From: Botryllus schlosseri
Taxonomy: Eukaryota
DNA: 64,000 nt
Direction of reading: 5' to 3'
Assembly (NCBI GenBank): GCA_051294905.1
Contig: CM119377.1
Location: forward strand, 20,708,001-20,772,000
Both the position numbers and the translations under genes were made by a program. Shown here in pieces: positions 1-11,455 of this stretch (within the stretch, counting starts at the first letter, position 1; every line of letters starts with the position of its first letter). A model generated the notes under the pieces. It worked only from the letters and a program-made list of their open reading frames with translations. It ran no database searches and had not been told where the DNA came from.

Positions 1-336
1 CCATAAGTACGTTTTATCATCATATGGGGGCCCAAGACCAACGTTTGGGGGGCTGACGATGTGCTGTTACGGCCCTGATTCAAGAGGGATGTTAAAATGT
101 ACATGAATGATCGAATCTAACAGGAAACTCCTTAAATACAAATTTCAGATAACATAGATATACGCAACTATCGAAGACGTTACCGAAAACTGCCAACATG
201 GAATCTGTTGAATCTCATACCTATACAGAGGTCGAGCAACGTAATGCACAATGCGATATTTTATAGTTGGTGAAAATGCTTACAGTTCTACAAGTTTACC
301 TATTTGTTTGGTAACATAACATTCAATTTCAAGACT

Positions 337-502
337 ATGTCCAACTTTCTAGGTCCAACCCCCGGGGAAAAAGCTGAAGTTCCAGCAGGAAAATATGGGA
401 AGATGGCTATGCTTTTGTCCTGCGTATTATTCTTAGCAACATCTGTAGCACTTGCAACGATCTTTATCTTACATTTCGAATCTCAAGGAACAATGTATCG
501 AG
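337..502 (+). CDS. Type II transmembrane C-type lectin, exon 1 (short cytoplasmic tail plus TM helix)
   Basis: ATG at 337 gives MSNFLGPTPGEKAEVPAGKYGK, then hydrophobic MAMLLSCVLFLATSVALATIFIL. The donor CGAG|gttatt at 502/503 is weak, but it is the only nearby GT in the phase (1) that exon 2 needs. Confidence 0.7.
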
Positions 503-771
503 GTTATTGCGAGATGTCGTTGCATATTTTATAAGTCGAAGGCATATCAATTATTACAACTTCTATTGAATAGATATATTGTTGTCGAATAGAAATCGAG
601 TTCTACATTTGAGAATCAAGTGGAAATCCAAATCCAAATCCAAATTAGGAATTCGTTTCGAATCATGTCCAAATCCTGGTCAATAAACGGCTGTTGTTGT
701 TCGTAGTAATCATGGTTGGTTGGTTGGTTGGTAGTATTGTAATATTGTGATCGGTTACTATTATGGCCTTA

Positions 772-1000
772 TAGGGTTACCATATGTCCTCCATTTTCAG
801 GAAATCGAAAATATCCTCTGAGGACGCCTAAATGTCTTCTATTTTGGCAATTCGTCCTCTTTTACAGCTTTGACAGCATAGCTAATGGATAGGCTCAACT
901 AAAAAACACCATAAATGACGCGAAATAAGTAATGCGGACGTTCGCGCGGGTCATTCGGGAGTAGGAGTTTTTTAATTTTTTTTGTGTGTTGAACGTAACA
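772..1000 (+). mobile_element. Partial MITE with TAGGGTTACCATA terminus (hAT-like). Related pieces at about 3030-3330 (+), 23600-23994 (-) and 60290-60545 (-)
   Basis: All four places share gtcctc(t/g)gagg(a/g)cgcc(t/c)aaatgtc(t/c)tc. The terminus recurs as its reverse complement ending at 23994. Inner boundaries are approximate. Confidence 0.6.
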
Positions 1001-1345
1001 AGATACCAGTAAAATTCAGCCGTGTTCAATTCCGGTAATCCAACTATTATGATTTGTGATTCCGAAGTGTGGTAATGCTACCTTTACACCAGGTCTAAAG
1101 ATATTTTAGTCAGTGCTACAAATGTTTGCCGGAGAGGATAACAAATTCAGCCACTGATACTGAAATCCGTGGATTTAACCTTCGAAAATCTGTTAGAATT
1201 GGACTGTGTGGTGTTTTAACTTTCTATTAGTAGCCATGTCGCAATACCGCTTTGATCAAGTAACCTTTTGATACCGTCATAAATCATTATAACTATCATT
1301 ACTATAGTCAGGCTATTTTCTTCACAATATGGATCTGTTTCACAG

Positions 1346-1404
1346 AACACGATCAAACAGAACTCACCATGAAGTCTAACATTTCGGAAATCGAAACGAA
1401 TCAG
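1346..1404 (+). CDS. C-type lectin exon 2 (neck: EHDQTELTMKSNISEIETNQ)
   Basis: Acceptor ctgtttcacag| and donor CAG|gtaatt. The 59-nt exon runs phase 1 to phase 0 and joins exons 1 and 3 in frame. Confidence 0.75.
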
Positions 1405-3585
1405 GTAATTACCGATATCATATCAAAAGAATAAAATGAACACAAGAATAACAAGTCGCTATGGAAATGGGGACGACGGAGGCCAAGTCATATACCCCTA
1501 ACAAAAAATTTGAGTATTCATAGATAATAAAGATGTGGGAAGTTTTTCAGAAAAAGGACTGGTTCTGTATAGACCACTTTTGCCTGAATGCCAGGTTCAG
1601 ACAGGATTCGAAGTTTCAAGCGCACATAGTTCGATGTTATATGCGTGAACTTGATGCCATAATTCAGTACCAGATAAATCTTGAAATAGGTCATAACAGC
1701 AAATATCATTTCTAATATAGTAAATACACTGATCTTGTAACACATCCTGGATACTTGATCAACAACAAAACGAAATGAGTTTTTCACAAGGTTGAAAGCG
1801 TCTCTATACTAATCGCTGGTGACTCAACAAAGTCCGCAACGTTACAATGTCTGCTGCAATCGCAAGCTAAAGCGATGTCACAAAATGAGCTCTGCATATC
1901 AACAACAGTGTTGAAAGAACCAAACCATAAAAACACGAGTTCCATACAAAGCAAGACGTTTATACTGCATTTTGCTGCGAATCATTGTGAATTCTGCTGT
2001 GTGAGTCTGCTGCTTCTCCTAATTTACGCTGATCTATTGCGTCTAGCTCAGCAAGTCCTTAAGTTTGATTTGAAGCACATTACACATACTAATTATAATA
2101 AATAAATACAGTACTATTTATTATTGGTCCACAAAATGAACTATCATGCATCAGTACTGAGCCGATATTGATTTTTGAGAATCCGAATCCATCCGGAATC
2201 ATCCAACTATCCGACTATATCCGAAAATCTCGTCCGAGAATCCAAAATATCCCCATCGAAAAACATTGTCGCAGGATATCAATTGTACAACTAAGCTGAG
2301 ATATATTTTTGCACTGGAAGATCACTAATAGTATCAATGGAATGAGCAAAATCGAAAATTGGAGGTAACCGCTACTAATTTGAAGTAGGTGTGCGGATGA
2401 AAGTTGAAACTCGAATCGCAAGCAAATGAAAAAGGACAGAAATGTTTAGGCAATGAACATATAAAACTACCAAACGTTGAGCCATATGATCCCAGTAAAT
2501 AGTAATAGAAGCTAATTGTTACCATTAAATTTTATAGTTATGAGAGGTCATCACTGACGAATTGTGCAACCAGTCAGATCGCAAGGTGTCAACCGTCTGT
2601 GTTTTGTTCTCGAATTGATGATTTCTTTGAGTGGCTTGCAATGAAAACTCACTTCTGTTTACAACTATCCGGAAATATCCGAATCCTATCCGACTGCCAC
2701 AAAATTGTCCAATATCCGGCCCGAATGCTATCCGTGTCCGCCTGATGCTCATACTGCTATACATCAGCAACAGTGTTGTAAGAACATAACCATTTACCAT
2801 GATTTTTATCCGTGTGAATTCGACTGTATGAGTTCGATGTTTTTCCTAACCAACGCTAATTTCCTGAGACGTGAGGTTCGTTTAGTACCCTATTTAAAAG
2901 CCACTGCTATATAAGGTCTGTGGTTCACTGAAGAGGGCGTCATGGCCCATCGTTTGACAACTCGTATCCTAAAGTAAACCAAAACATTTCAAACATGATA
3001 AATAGCATGATGTGACAAAATGGAACATGTGGCGTTTTCTTTTTTGAAGAAACCCGAAATGTCCTCAGAGGGCGCCTAAATGTCCTCTTTTTTTGTAAGT
3101 CGTCCACTTTCGTTACGTTCAATATTAGGCGATTACGTATAGCGACAACCCAAAAGTTAAACACCGCACAAGAATACACGTGGGAAATGGATTTTAAAGT
3201 TATCGATGCGAAGATTGACTAAAAAAAAGCTCAACCCAACGCAATTGGGCGTCGAAACTGTTTTTTTTTGGTGATTAATCAGAAAATGACATTTTTTTAG
3301 TCAACCTACCTACAAGCGAACACAACGTTTCTTAAAAATATCCCGTTTCAATGTCTGGTAATGTTCCGTGTAAAACATGTCCTCTTTATCGGATCTTAAA
3401 ATAGGGAAACTCTAATTTATACGACTCGTGAATGTGAATTATTTAGAATTCGTGATTCTAGAGGCTTACCATTTTCCAATGATTTTTAATTTTGACGTAG
3501 CGGTATTAAACAAATACGTATGAAATAAAATACCTAAATCGACAGCACTCCTCGAATCCTCCTAATAAATGATATTTTTATTCAG

Positions 3586-3767
3586 GACTACCAGAATACA
3601 TATATCGACCTGATTCTTGTTAAACTGTTAGGATGGGAAAAGAGCGAACATGTTGTCTACAAGTACTTTCGTCAGGCGGTCAATTACGGAACTGCCGAAA
3701 TCCAATGCGCGGGATATCCCGGAGGAAGACTTGCGACAAAAGCGTTACGTGATGCGCAGGCCATTAG
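3586..3767 (+). CDS. C-type lectin exon 3 (N-terminal half of CTLD)
   Basis: Acceptor tttttattcag| and donor AG|gtaaca. Encodes DYQNTYIDLILVKLLGWEKSEHVVYKYFRQAVNYGTAEIQCAGYPGGRLATKALRDAQAIS, matching the CTLD pattern W..Y.F..A...C...GG.LA. Confidence 0.9.
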
Positions 3768-4093
3768 GTAACAATCATGATGATCAGACCCTTTTGAATA
3801 ACTGAGCGGAAAATGAATGCTTACTAGTGTTAGAAAATCTAATTCACTGCTCTCAGCTTCACTATATTCGATACATGTTTGTTTCGCATCGATGATTACA
3901 ATACCGCAAACGACTAAGTGTCAGTGGCACGATAAAGACCAAAACACTATGTATTTGAAGACGCCGTTGCTCTGACTATTTTGTATTTAAACCAGAACAG
4001 CTGTAACATAACTCAACCATGATATTGATACATAAAAATATAGATACACAAATCTATACAGGCACAGCAGCGAGTTATATCTTCCATCTAGTC

Positions 4094-4323
4094 CAGTGGT
4101 TCCCAGCGTGGGCGATATCGCCCCCCAGGGCCAACCCACGGAAATTTGGTTGCAAAATTGTAAAATTCGACAACGATCTGAAAATTTGACCTTTTTTTTT
4201 TTAGTCAACCGGCCGATGACTACAGATTGTATACCGATTTTTCGGTTCACAAAATCTGGGGAGCGATGATCGGCCTTGAGCTTGAAAAGGGGGCGATGAG
4301 TCGAAATAGGTTGGGAACCACTG
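4094..4323. mobile_element. hAT (Buster/Charlie-type) MITE in lectin intron 3
   Basis: TIR cagtggttccca...tgggaaccactg. Perfect 8-bp TSD ATCTAGTC (4086-4093 and 4324-4331). Confidence 0.92.
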
Positions 4324-4440
4324 ATCTAGTCCATGAGCGTTCCTGCTCCCTCAAAATCCCACTTGTCTACTACTATGGTCATTTACACAAATCCAATTTT
4401 CTTCGTATTGATTCCGCAGCTGCCGTCTCCATGTTGTAGC

Positions 4441-4611
4441 ACGACTCACTTCCAGACTTTATAAGACACCGCTTACATGGATGATATGGCGAGGAGGAGC
4501 TTAGATAAACCTTCAACACTTAGTAAGGATTCTTGAATTGACGTCGGCCGGACTCGAACTTGCAACCCATTCGTGTTGCAGCTGTGGACTATACCATTAT
4601 GCTACCTCGCC
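4441..4611 (-). mobile_element. tRNA-derived SINE (same family as 61884-62046)
   Basis: Minus strand has an A-box (TAGCATAATGG) and B-box (AGTTCGAGTCC), followed by a non-tRNA body shared with the 61.9-kb copy. Confidence 0.75.
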
Positions 4612-6031
4612 ACTTGAGCACCACTGGTTTAAAGTGATGTACTGTGTTTTCGCACACCTGACAAACATTCACCAAAGCAAACGATATTGTATATGTTAAA
4701 ACAACCTACATACAGCTACATTGAATCTGCATGGTGAATGCTAACCAAGAAACACGCAGACATATTTTTGTTCATCTATTTTTGTGGTAGAGCAAAATAA
4801 CAACCCTCGGTTCGCACATTAAGACTGAACGGGCAATCACCCAAAACAGTATCACAGTCTTAGTTTAATGTCTAGTGGCTTTAAGGACGGATGGAGATGT
4901 AGGCGGCAAGACTGCGTGTGCTCATCGAAGGTGGTCAGTAACTGAGTATGACTTTTACAGAGTATACTCGATTGACCGCTTGCAGTACTTACTCGTGTGG
5001 ATGTTTCTTTGTACTACACTTCCACGTCAGCGTCACAATCGTCCCGGAAAAACTACTTTCTTTTAGTCCAAGTGATTTGGGGACATGCTTCCATGAAGTT
5101 TGTGAGTTAAATTCCTATATCGATCAAACGAAAGCCCCTTGATCACAGTAACTGAATATATTTTCGAATTTGCAAGAATTTGAGCGGCATTCGTCGTTTT
5201 GTATTAGTCACGAAGATGCACCATGCAATTTTCATAGTAGTTGGATCGGCTGCCCAAAGTATGCGGCGGATAGATCCAATCTTCTTTTAGAAACGACTTA
5301 TTGTAAGTGAACTGATCTGTACTTTAGCTTTGCCAAGCTCCCAATCAATTAATTACATAAATCGCATTTCTCATTGATCCCGGACTGGTGTGAAAGTAGT
5401 TTCATTAAATATCTACTTTAAATTGGTGTCATCTGATTATTACCATATATGTGGGAGAGTCGAAACAACTGTAGTTATAAAGCCTACCAGCATTTTAAGT
5501 CAAATCATTTTCATAACTGATACTATTAAATACGAATAACGAATTTTAAATAAATCTTTCTGTACTCTATTTTAAAATTCATCAATTAATATGTCCGCCG
5601 ACAATTGTGGGTATTTTTTTTTCATCAGTGTCGCCGAATAGCAAAGTTTCAGTGTGCCTTGTAAAACTTGCTTTATCAACGTTGGACATGCGTGGCGTCA
5701 CAATAAACCCTTTTTGAATAATCCATGTTAGAATCACTCTTTTAGTCTGCCATATGTATACGAGAATAAAACATGAGGAAATGATGATTTATGAGACTTC
5801 TAACGCGGTTAAATACCTTCGATTTCGTTGAGTTATAATTGGAGAAGGTAGCCTACATTGGATCAAGCCATGTCATTGATGCATATCGGATTCGGACTTG
5901 CAAAACTAATTGGGAAATGGACTTCGGAGTACGTCCTCGCATCGTTATATATTTAAAATTGAACGTTTCCGTGACTACAACATGATCAAACTTAATAAAT
6001 AAAACCTCTTTGTCCTTTCTTCCTTTTACAG

Positions 6032-6305
6032 TAATATCATTTCAAAGGGATACATAGGAACGTCGGACAGTAAATTCACGACACCCTGGATAGGCTATGA
6101 TGACCATAGTAGTGAGGGAGTTTGGATCTGGTCGGACGGCGGAACCACGAATCTTAATACAACAGAGTGGATTCAGGGTCAGCCGGACAATGCCGGTGGA
6201 GAAGAAAATTGCGGTCATATATGGTTTGCCACCCTTGCAAAACTGCAAATAAACGACGATCAGTGCGACGAGCACCATTACTATATATGCGAAGTTGATA
6301 AATAG
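6032..6305 (+). CDS. C-type lectin exon 4 (C-terminal half of CTLD, stop)
   Basis: Acceptor tccttttacag|, phase 2 matching exon 3. Encodes ...PWIGYDDHSSEGVWIWSDG...EWIQGQPDNAGGEENCGHIW...INDDQCDEHHYYICEVDK*, with WIG, QPD, ENC, (W>I)ND and the conserved Cys. Spliced CDS is 681 nt (226 aa plus stop). Confidence 0.93.
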
Positions 6306-6376
6306 TTGACATGTTTACTCGTATTTGATATATGGCATAGTATGTAGTTTGAGATTTCATCAACCGACATAGCTCT

Positions 6377-6382
6377 AATAAA
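6377..6382 (+). terminator. Likely poly(A) signal of the lectin gene
   Basis: AATAAA about 70 nt after the stop codon. Confidence 0.5.
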
Positions 6383-6422
6383 TTTTGAGTATTATTTTTG
6401 GGAATTGGATTCGTACTTATAA

Positions 6423-7039
6423 CTGGGACGGGCAACATACGGCCTGCGGGCCGCATCCGGCCCGCGACGGGATTTTATGCGGCCTCAGACACTTCCGGTC
6501 TTACATGATAATGTGGCCCACGGGTCTCTACCTAGATATCCAAGCAAACATTAACAATGAACATTAACAAGACAAAGCCGCTTTCGAATCTAACTGATGT
6601 TCACGTGCAGTGTCTTTACTAAGGATTTATACGTCCGACATACAGCCAGAATTCGAAGAACTTGTTGAAAACTTTAATCGACCCCAGATGTCTCATTGAC
6701 CTCAACAGATATTGAAGTACATTACGTCAATAAATTCATTGGATCAATCAATGAATCAGTTTTATTAATATTTTCATCATTTCAAAATACCACAAAACTG
6801 CGATACAATGAAAAGATAGGAAGGTGTCGAAACGACTTGGAGTAGTCTTTGAGATCAGCAGTCACCTTGGCCTAGGCGAAGTAAAGAAGAGGCATGTACA
6901 CTGTTTTTGGTTTCTATGCTAAACCTAATGTTTACATTAAATTTATTCCTTGTATGGGAGGATAAATCTGCGAATAATGTATCGATTTAGGAATCCGGCC
7001 CGCTAAGTACGTCATTATCCCGTATCCGGCCCGCCCCTG
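6423..7039 (+). mobile_element. Internally deleted Charlie-type hAT retaining the transposase C-terminus
   Basis: Ends ctgggacgggcaa / gcccgcccctg with cggcccgc subterminal repeats. 6569-6699 reads, with one frameshift, KTKPLSNLTDVHVQCL/LRIYTSDIQPEFEELVENFNRPQMSH*, like the Charlie/GTF2IRD2-type C-terminus. TSD is degenerate. Confidence 0.7.
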
Positions 7040-8613
7040 ATTTATGGTCTTGTGCGCTACGGTCATTTGGTAATACAAACCAAGCGGTAACTAATTTAAG
7101 TTATTACAACTTATAAAGAACTAAGCAACTGGTGGCTATTGGGGCAACTAACGCAGGTTATGCAGGGTGAACGACAATTGCAAGTCATGACAATAAGATA
7201 TCAGGAACTATCTATGAAAATCATATTCAAGGCATGTTGTTACGAAGTAGGCCTACTTGAATGTCCTGATGACGCCGCATTCGTCGAACATCGCACAGTC
7301 CGAGCAACCGATTCCGAATAAAATGATTGCTACTAATGTCATGACATAACTTTCGTCTAAAGACACGGCGTTGAATGTGAAGATTGCAGTTTGTATATGC
7401 TGCTGAATGAATGATTGCGACGCGGTGTATCAGCTTGTAGTGCGAAGCCCTCCCATCGACATAGGCCTAATATCCGCTTAGTCAGACCGCTTGCATAGCT
7501 TTTTCTCGTCATATCTTTGGCTTCCCATACGGTCAGAATTTCGCTGTTCGACGAGCCTGCCCGAGGTAATTCCTCGACCTTTTCGTTACGTGGGATTCAT
7601 GCATATCCGTTAACCCGGAAAAAGTGAATAACACTGGTCAACAAAATGAAAAAAATAATTTTGGCGGAACATCTTAGAGCCGTTTCTGGGGTTTTCGAGG
7701 TTGCTGATCACGGATATCACATTAGTTTTGCCAGATTGGCTCTTGTTTTTAAGATTTTTATGCCCCTGAAAAAGCTCCTGCTGTGTTTACCTTTGAATAT
7801 TTCACCTGATGAGGAAGAAAATCGTACTTTATTCTTATGTTATACTGCGCATAAGTAGATAATTGCTCATGTCGTTCTTAGTCATTCTATCAATATTAAC
7901 ATGACGTCGTGCGAAATATTTGTTTGTCAAAAAAGCAGTTTGTCAGGCCTAGAAATTGTACTTTTGCATAATGGAAATACATATTCTCCTATATCAATTG
8001 GTCATTCTACCAAAATTAAAGAGGATTATCAACAAAGCGGGTATACCTATAGTGTCCTTATGAACGAGAAGCCTAAATCTGATATCTTTGATAGATTTGA
8101 GATTCGAATACGGATAAAAGATTCCAATTTCATATTAGGAAGGAGTTCACTGCATACAATGTATACTAAGATGTAGTAAATAAAACTTTTTAGATGATCA
8201 CAAAGCACCCAACTACAAACAGTTGGTCCGAAAATTCGTACATGAGCATAAATATTCACTTCCTGTTCAGTCATCTTAATATATTTCCAGATGATCTTGT
8301 TGATTAGCAAGGGGAGGAGTTCCACCCAGACACCAAAACAACCAAAGAAAGATATTAGGGCCGACGAGATGAACATATTATAGCAGACCAATGCTTGAAT
8401 CTTTCGAGAAACTGCATTAAATTGCTTACAGGCGAAAACCGTACAAAAACAATTGTGCCTCAAAATAAATGTCCAACTGATTATATTCCAACTGATTATT
8501 TCAAATTTACACTAGGTGGTTGACATAAAACTGATTGAATTATAACCGCGTAATTTGAGTATCTAGGTAAATACTTATATACATAACTGGAGATTATTTA
8601 TGTAGGCCTACAT

Positions 8614-9897
8614 CAGTGGTTCTTAACCTTTTTTCCTCCAGCGCCCCCTTTCAAAAAATATTGTGCTCCAGCACCCCCCAACCTCATATTGTAAGGAATG
8701 TAATAAAGACAATGAGTAAGAGGGAGGGCCGTAACAGCACTTCGTCAACCCCCTAAAAACGATTGCCTTGCGCACCCATAGCGTGATATACCAAACTTCT
8801 GAGGGCTTCGCCCACAAGAAACCCGTAGCGTGATTTCGATGGTCAGCAAAGTATGTGTGGCCTGGTCGCCCTAGGTACCAAAATTTTCTATAATGCATGA
8901 ATGAATAGGTGGTAGTTACATATATAAGCCGCTATAAATTTTTTATCCTATCAGCCCACGAAATCAGATGTACTGTTTAGCGAGCCAGTGCGAAGCGCGA
9001 AAACTTTCGATAATTCATAATAAAATCGGCCAGTCAGATCGGGGATTGCATATATATTGCTATCAATTCCTTGTCCCCTCTGCTCACGTTACCAGATTTA
9101 CCGGTAGAGCTGAGTGAGGTGTAATGTTCCCTCTAAGCTGCGCACGTGCGCAGTGCTGACACGGTCTCTGCGCACAGAAAATCTACGTTGCGCAAAACAA
9201 ATCCGAAGTTATGACCCTTTTTCAGTCGTTACGCACTGTGTTTCCAAGGGTATGCGCAGTGAGTTGTTGAGTGTGCGCAAACTCATTAAAACGTAGGGCG
9301 AACATTTTGAGGTGTCCTCGAAACTGTAGGGCCCATAACTAATAATTAAACATATTCGGGGGGGGGGGGGGCGAACCCGTTGGTATGACTTCGTTGCATG
9401 ATGTTATTTCGTGACCTCCTGTCTGCTATATCAAAAAATATAGAATCGCCCAACAGGGATATCGCTCAACAGGAATATCTAGTTTTAGATATCCCTGTCG
9501 TCCAATCGTACTAAACTAAAACATGCACACGATTTCAAATTGGTATTTCTTCACTGGCATAAAATCTTTCCCTGCCAGATGGAATTCCTCTTCTGGGGTT
9601 CAGATTGCCAAGACATGAACATTCGGTGCCAGTCATTTAGGCGCCCGTGGACAATTAAACCTATATGTCTTTTGTAGGCAATATATAACGAAGTTCTCGG
9701 TGTTAATTGCTCTGAATACTCATTAAGGATATGCCCTACCACCACATCATCTACTGCGAAGCCATTTTTCTCCAGCGCCCCCCATACCGCCCCCATCTGA
9801 GCCCAGCGCCCCCCATTTTGCCCCCTGAGCATTTCCGCCCCCTTCAAAATTGCTAGCGCCCCTTGGGGGGCGCTGGTGGCAAGGTTAAGAACCACTG
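8614..9897. mobile_element. Non-autonomous hAT (Buster-type) nested in the 7631-10228 element
   Basis: TIR cagtggttcttaacctt / aaggttaagaaccactg. Perfect TSD GCCTACAT (8606-8613 and 9898-9905). Confidence 0.92.
9123..9306. mobile_element. Small MITE nested in 8614-9897
   Basis: Imperfect TIR aatgttccctcta / tagggcgaacatt, flanked by TGAGGTGT on both sides (one extra T on the right). The homologous uninterrupted sequence is present near 24790-24830 (-). Confidence 0.7.
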
Positions 9898-10492
9898 GCC
9901 TACATGATATCCGTGAAAGTCTATACCTGTGATAAATCTAATATCCTTAAATAAAGTGCTGTTGCTGTATTTTGATTTAAAAGAGTCTTCTCTGTGTAAA
10001 AATAACAGGTAGAATGAATTTCAAAACTTTATAGTACGACTGAGCCGATTGTATATCTAGCCATTACAGCTAAAATGAGATATTTTGCTCAAAATAGCCC
10101 CATGGGTTATCTTCGAAACAAGAGCCAATTTGAAAAAAAAACTATAAGGTCATATTCGGAATCAGTGCCCTTCAGAACCCCCAAAACCACTCTTACTTTG
10201 TCTTCCTGAGATGTGTGTCGACCAGTGTAATGACTCGGGTTCCAGGAATATGTTTAAATATTTCAAATATACATACAATGACATTGTTTGATGGTCGGTT
10301 TAGGGGTCTCGAAATCGGTGTGATTTCCAGGAGCCGCAATATAATGCATTCGATTATAAAGGATGTTGATAGCGGCGAGCAGATACTTGATATCGCGATA
10401 TAATGTTACGGAATGTTTGCCCACCTTCCCAGTAACTAGCACCATCGGGATTTCTTGAGCAGTAAGTGAATAACTACGTTACTAGATTGTCC

Positions 10493-11455
10493 CAGTGTTG
10501 GGATGACTCGAGTCATGACTTGACTCGAGTCAGACTCGAGTCATCTTTTTCGTGTGACTTGACTTGACTCGAGTCACTTTGCTAAAATGACTTGACTTGA
10601 CTTGAGTCGGCATATCAGAAATGTGGATTGACTCGTGACTCGGAGCAAAATTCACGAGTCAATTTCAAGTCATCAAGTAATCGGTGTCGATAAATATCAC
10701 TGTATCTTGCATATGTTCGGATTATTCGCGAAACGCTAGTTCAACCCGTGAGAGCGACCAATCGTTCAATGATCGTGCGTTTTACTGAGCCTCCATTGTT
10801 CTCTCACAAATATATTGACCGCGAACGAAGTGATCGAAGCTTTACAGCTTACTTTGTCGTAAACTAGTATAGTAAAGTAATTTAATAGCAAAATGTCTAT
10901 TTCTGTTCTCATTTATTACCCCAATAAAACCTCTTGTTTTATATAAATTGAATTCGAATATAGTGTATATAGTCCACAACCATTGGTGCAAGCTCGAATT
11001 GTATCATTTCAATTTGCAAATGGGTTATGTATTGAATCTCATCAATTAGTTTCACCACTCTTTATTTTGGCTGGTAACTATAAACTGAGGCTAAGCAATA
11101 AAAATAAAATAAAAATTACTTACGTAGTTCAACAGTTCTACGTATGTGAACGATACAGCGCCTTCTTGCGTGTATATTCAACTCTATATTCGTTAATAGG
11201 TTCGAAATCAATGACTACTCAATCTTGCCTCATACTTCGAAAAGGCAACTTGACTTGAATTGTGACTTGACTCGTGACTTGACTTGACTTGACTCGACTT
11301 GACTCGACTTGACTCGAGTCACCTCCGAAAATCGAGTGACTTGACTTGACTCGAGTCACCTTCGAAAATCGATTGACTTGACTTGACTCGAGTCAAAATG
11401 TGCAATGACTCGAAATGACTCGTGACTCGAAGGTAGTGACTTGATCCCAACACTG
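10493..11455 (+). mobile_element. hAT-type MITE family B (CAGTGTTGGGAT TIR; GACTCGAGTC and (GACTT)n subterminal arrays)
   Basis: TIRs at both ends. Perfect TSD GATTGTCC (10485-10492 and 11456-11463). Confidence 0.93.

Larger units (their letters stand above)
7631..10228 (+). mobile_element. Decayed DNA transposon (TIR ACACTGGTCAACA) with transposase remnant at about 7900-8450; superfamily uncertain
   Basis: TIR at both ends. Frameshifted motifs LLHNGNTYSPISIGHSTKIKEDY, FLDDHKAPNYKQLV, MSINIHFLFSHLNIFP and QGEEFHPD match a widespread LLHNGN / HFLHSHLDFFP / EQGERFHQD transposase family (recalled, not searched). The MITE at 33456-33827 has the same ends without the middle. Confidence 0.72.

Noticed and set aside
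10500-11450. Regularly repeated GACTCGAGTC/GACTT motifs as a CRISPR-like array
   Set aside because: Repeats are short and irregularly spaced, lack unique spacers, and lie between TIRs with an 8-bp TSD; they are MITE subterminal arrays. No cas genes, and the DNA is eukaryotic.
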